From assembly GCA_035647855.1 (NCBI GenBank), contig DASRMP010000001.1:1-24000 (forward strand): 24,000 nucleotides of DNA. Reading direction: 5' to 3'. The notes below the pieces were generated by a model that worked only from the letters and a program-made list of their open reading frames with translations, had not been told where the DNA came from and did not search any database. Shown here in pieces: positions 23,718 to 24,000 of the stretch (positions are counted from its first letter, which is position 1; every line of letters begins with the position of its first letter). The translations under genes and the position numbers were made by a program. The stretch is from Actinomycetaceae bacterium. Its GTDB lineage: Bacteria > Actinomycetota > Actinomycetes > Actinomycetales > Actinomycetaceae.

Positions 23718-24000
23718 TCATTTCATCGCGAGCGAGAGCGCGACGCCGTCGAGAATATCGTGCTCAGAGGTGACGGCCGTGCCCAGTTCCCGCCCGTCCT
23801 GCCGTACTTCGCGGACCACCCGATCGAGCACCTGCGACCACACCAGCCCGCCCGATCCGATGACATCCACTCGGCCGGGATGAAGATGGCCACGGGTGGC
23901 ACGTTCGGCAGCGGGGACGCTCAGGAACCAGTCGCAGGCCCGCAGGTGGGCGGTGATCTCGAGTTCGACGCCGTCGATCGCATCGCGGTCGTAGGCTTCC
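23718..24000 (-). CDS. Partial CDS (C-terminal 93 codons); possibly an ASKHA-fold BadF/BadG/BcrA/BcrD-type ATPase or sugar-kinase-like protein
   Basis: The minus-strand frame ending at TGA (plus-strand tca, 23718-23720) reads '...HPGRVDVIGSGGLVWSQVLDRVVREVRQDGRELGTAVTSEHDILDGVALSLAMK'. It stays open to the window edge with G/C-dominated third positions. The '(V/I)xxSGG(L/V)...GA/GVxL' pattern resembles C-termini of BadF-type kinases, but the family call is weak. Confidence 0.45.
   Translation of the reverse strand, partial: EAYDRDAIDGVELEITAHLRACDWFLSVPAAERATRGHLHPGRVDVIGSGGLVWSQVLDRVVREVRQDGRELGTAVTSEHDILDGVALSLAMK

Noticed and set aside
1-24000. CRISPR arrays, IS elements or transposases, integrases, toxin-antitoxin pairs, and known defence-system gene signatures.
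   Set aside because: - There are no regularly spaced direct repeats, no terminal inverted repeats flanking an ORF, and no integrase next to the tRNA.
- Apart from one small hypothetical membrane ORF and the unassigned right-edge fragment, every sizeable ORF that survives frame analysis matches a known housekeeping or membrane-transport family.
- The only mobile-type signal is the HNH/DUF222 gene tail at 2-166.

Overview
This is a visibly G+C-rich actinobacterial chromosomal segment, densely packed on both strands with housekeeping genes. I see no sign of a prophage, IS element, CRISPR array or recognisable defence island.

Gene order, left to right:
- tail of a DUF222-type HNH endonuclease gene, an MFS transporter, and a truncated HAD-hydrolase relic
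- corA, ispH, xseA-xseB
- PIN-PhoH (PhoH2) ATPase
- a translationally coupled shikimate operon, aroA-aroE-aroK::aroB (kinase and dehydroquinate synthase fused)
- an Rv1086-like Z-prenyl diphosphate synthase, hemolysin-III, a small membrane protein, mca, a DUF4307 protein and greA; this block mirrors M. tuberculosis Rv1080c-Rv1086
- AI-2E transporter, msrA, carD, a cupin, an FKBP PPIase
- a Bax-inhibitor-1/YccA protein
- a HisKA_3 kinase with a LuxR-type response regulator
- one tRNA, an ArsB/NhaD-type ion transporter, and a partial CDS at the right edge

Most long ORFs in the six-frame track are antisense or off-frame artefacts of high G+C. They are rejected where a conserved-domain ORF occupies the same DNA.

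I found no convincing novel multi-gene system. The most unusual object is a 74-nt tRNA with anticodon UAA (Leu UUR) that folds as class I, with a 5-nt variable loop. It sits in a window where my manual scan found only one in-frame TTA codon.

Secondary observations:
- an extended -10 promoter plus a terminator-like hairpin in the greA leader
- nested palindromes in the prenyl synthase/hemolysin-III divergent region
- a GQN variant of the CorA GMN signature
- a rearrangement scar at the left edge
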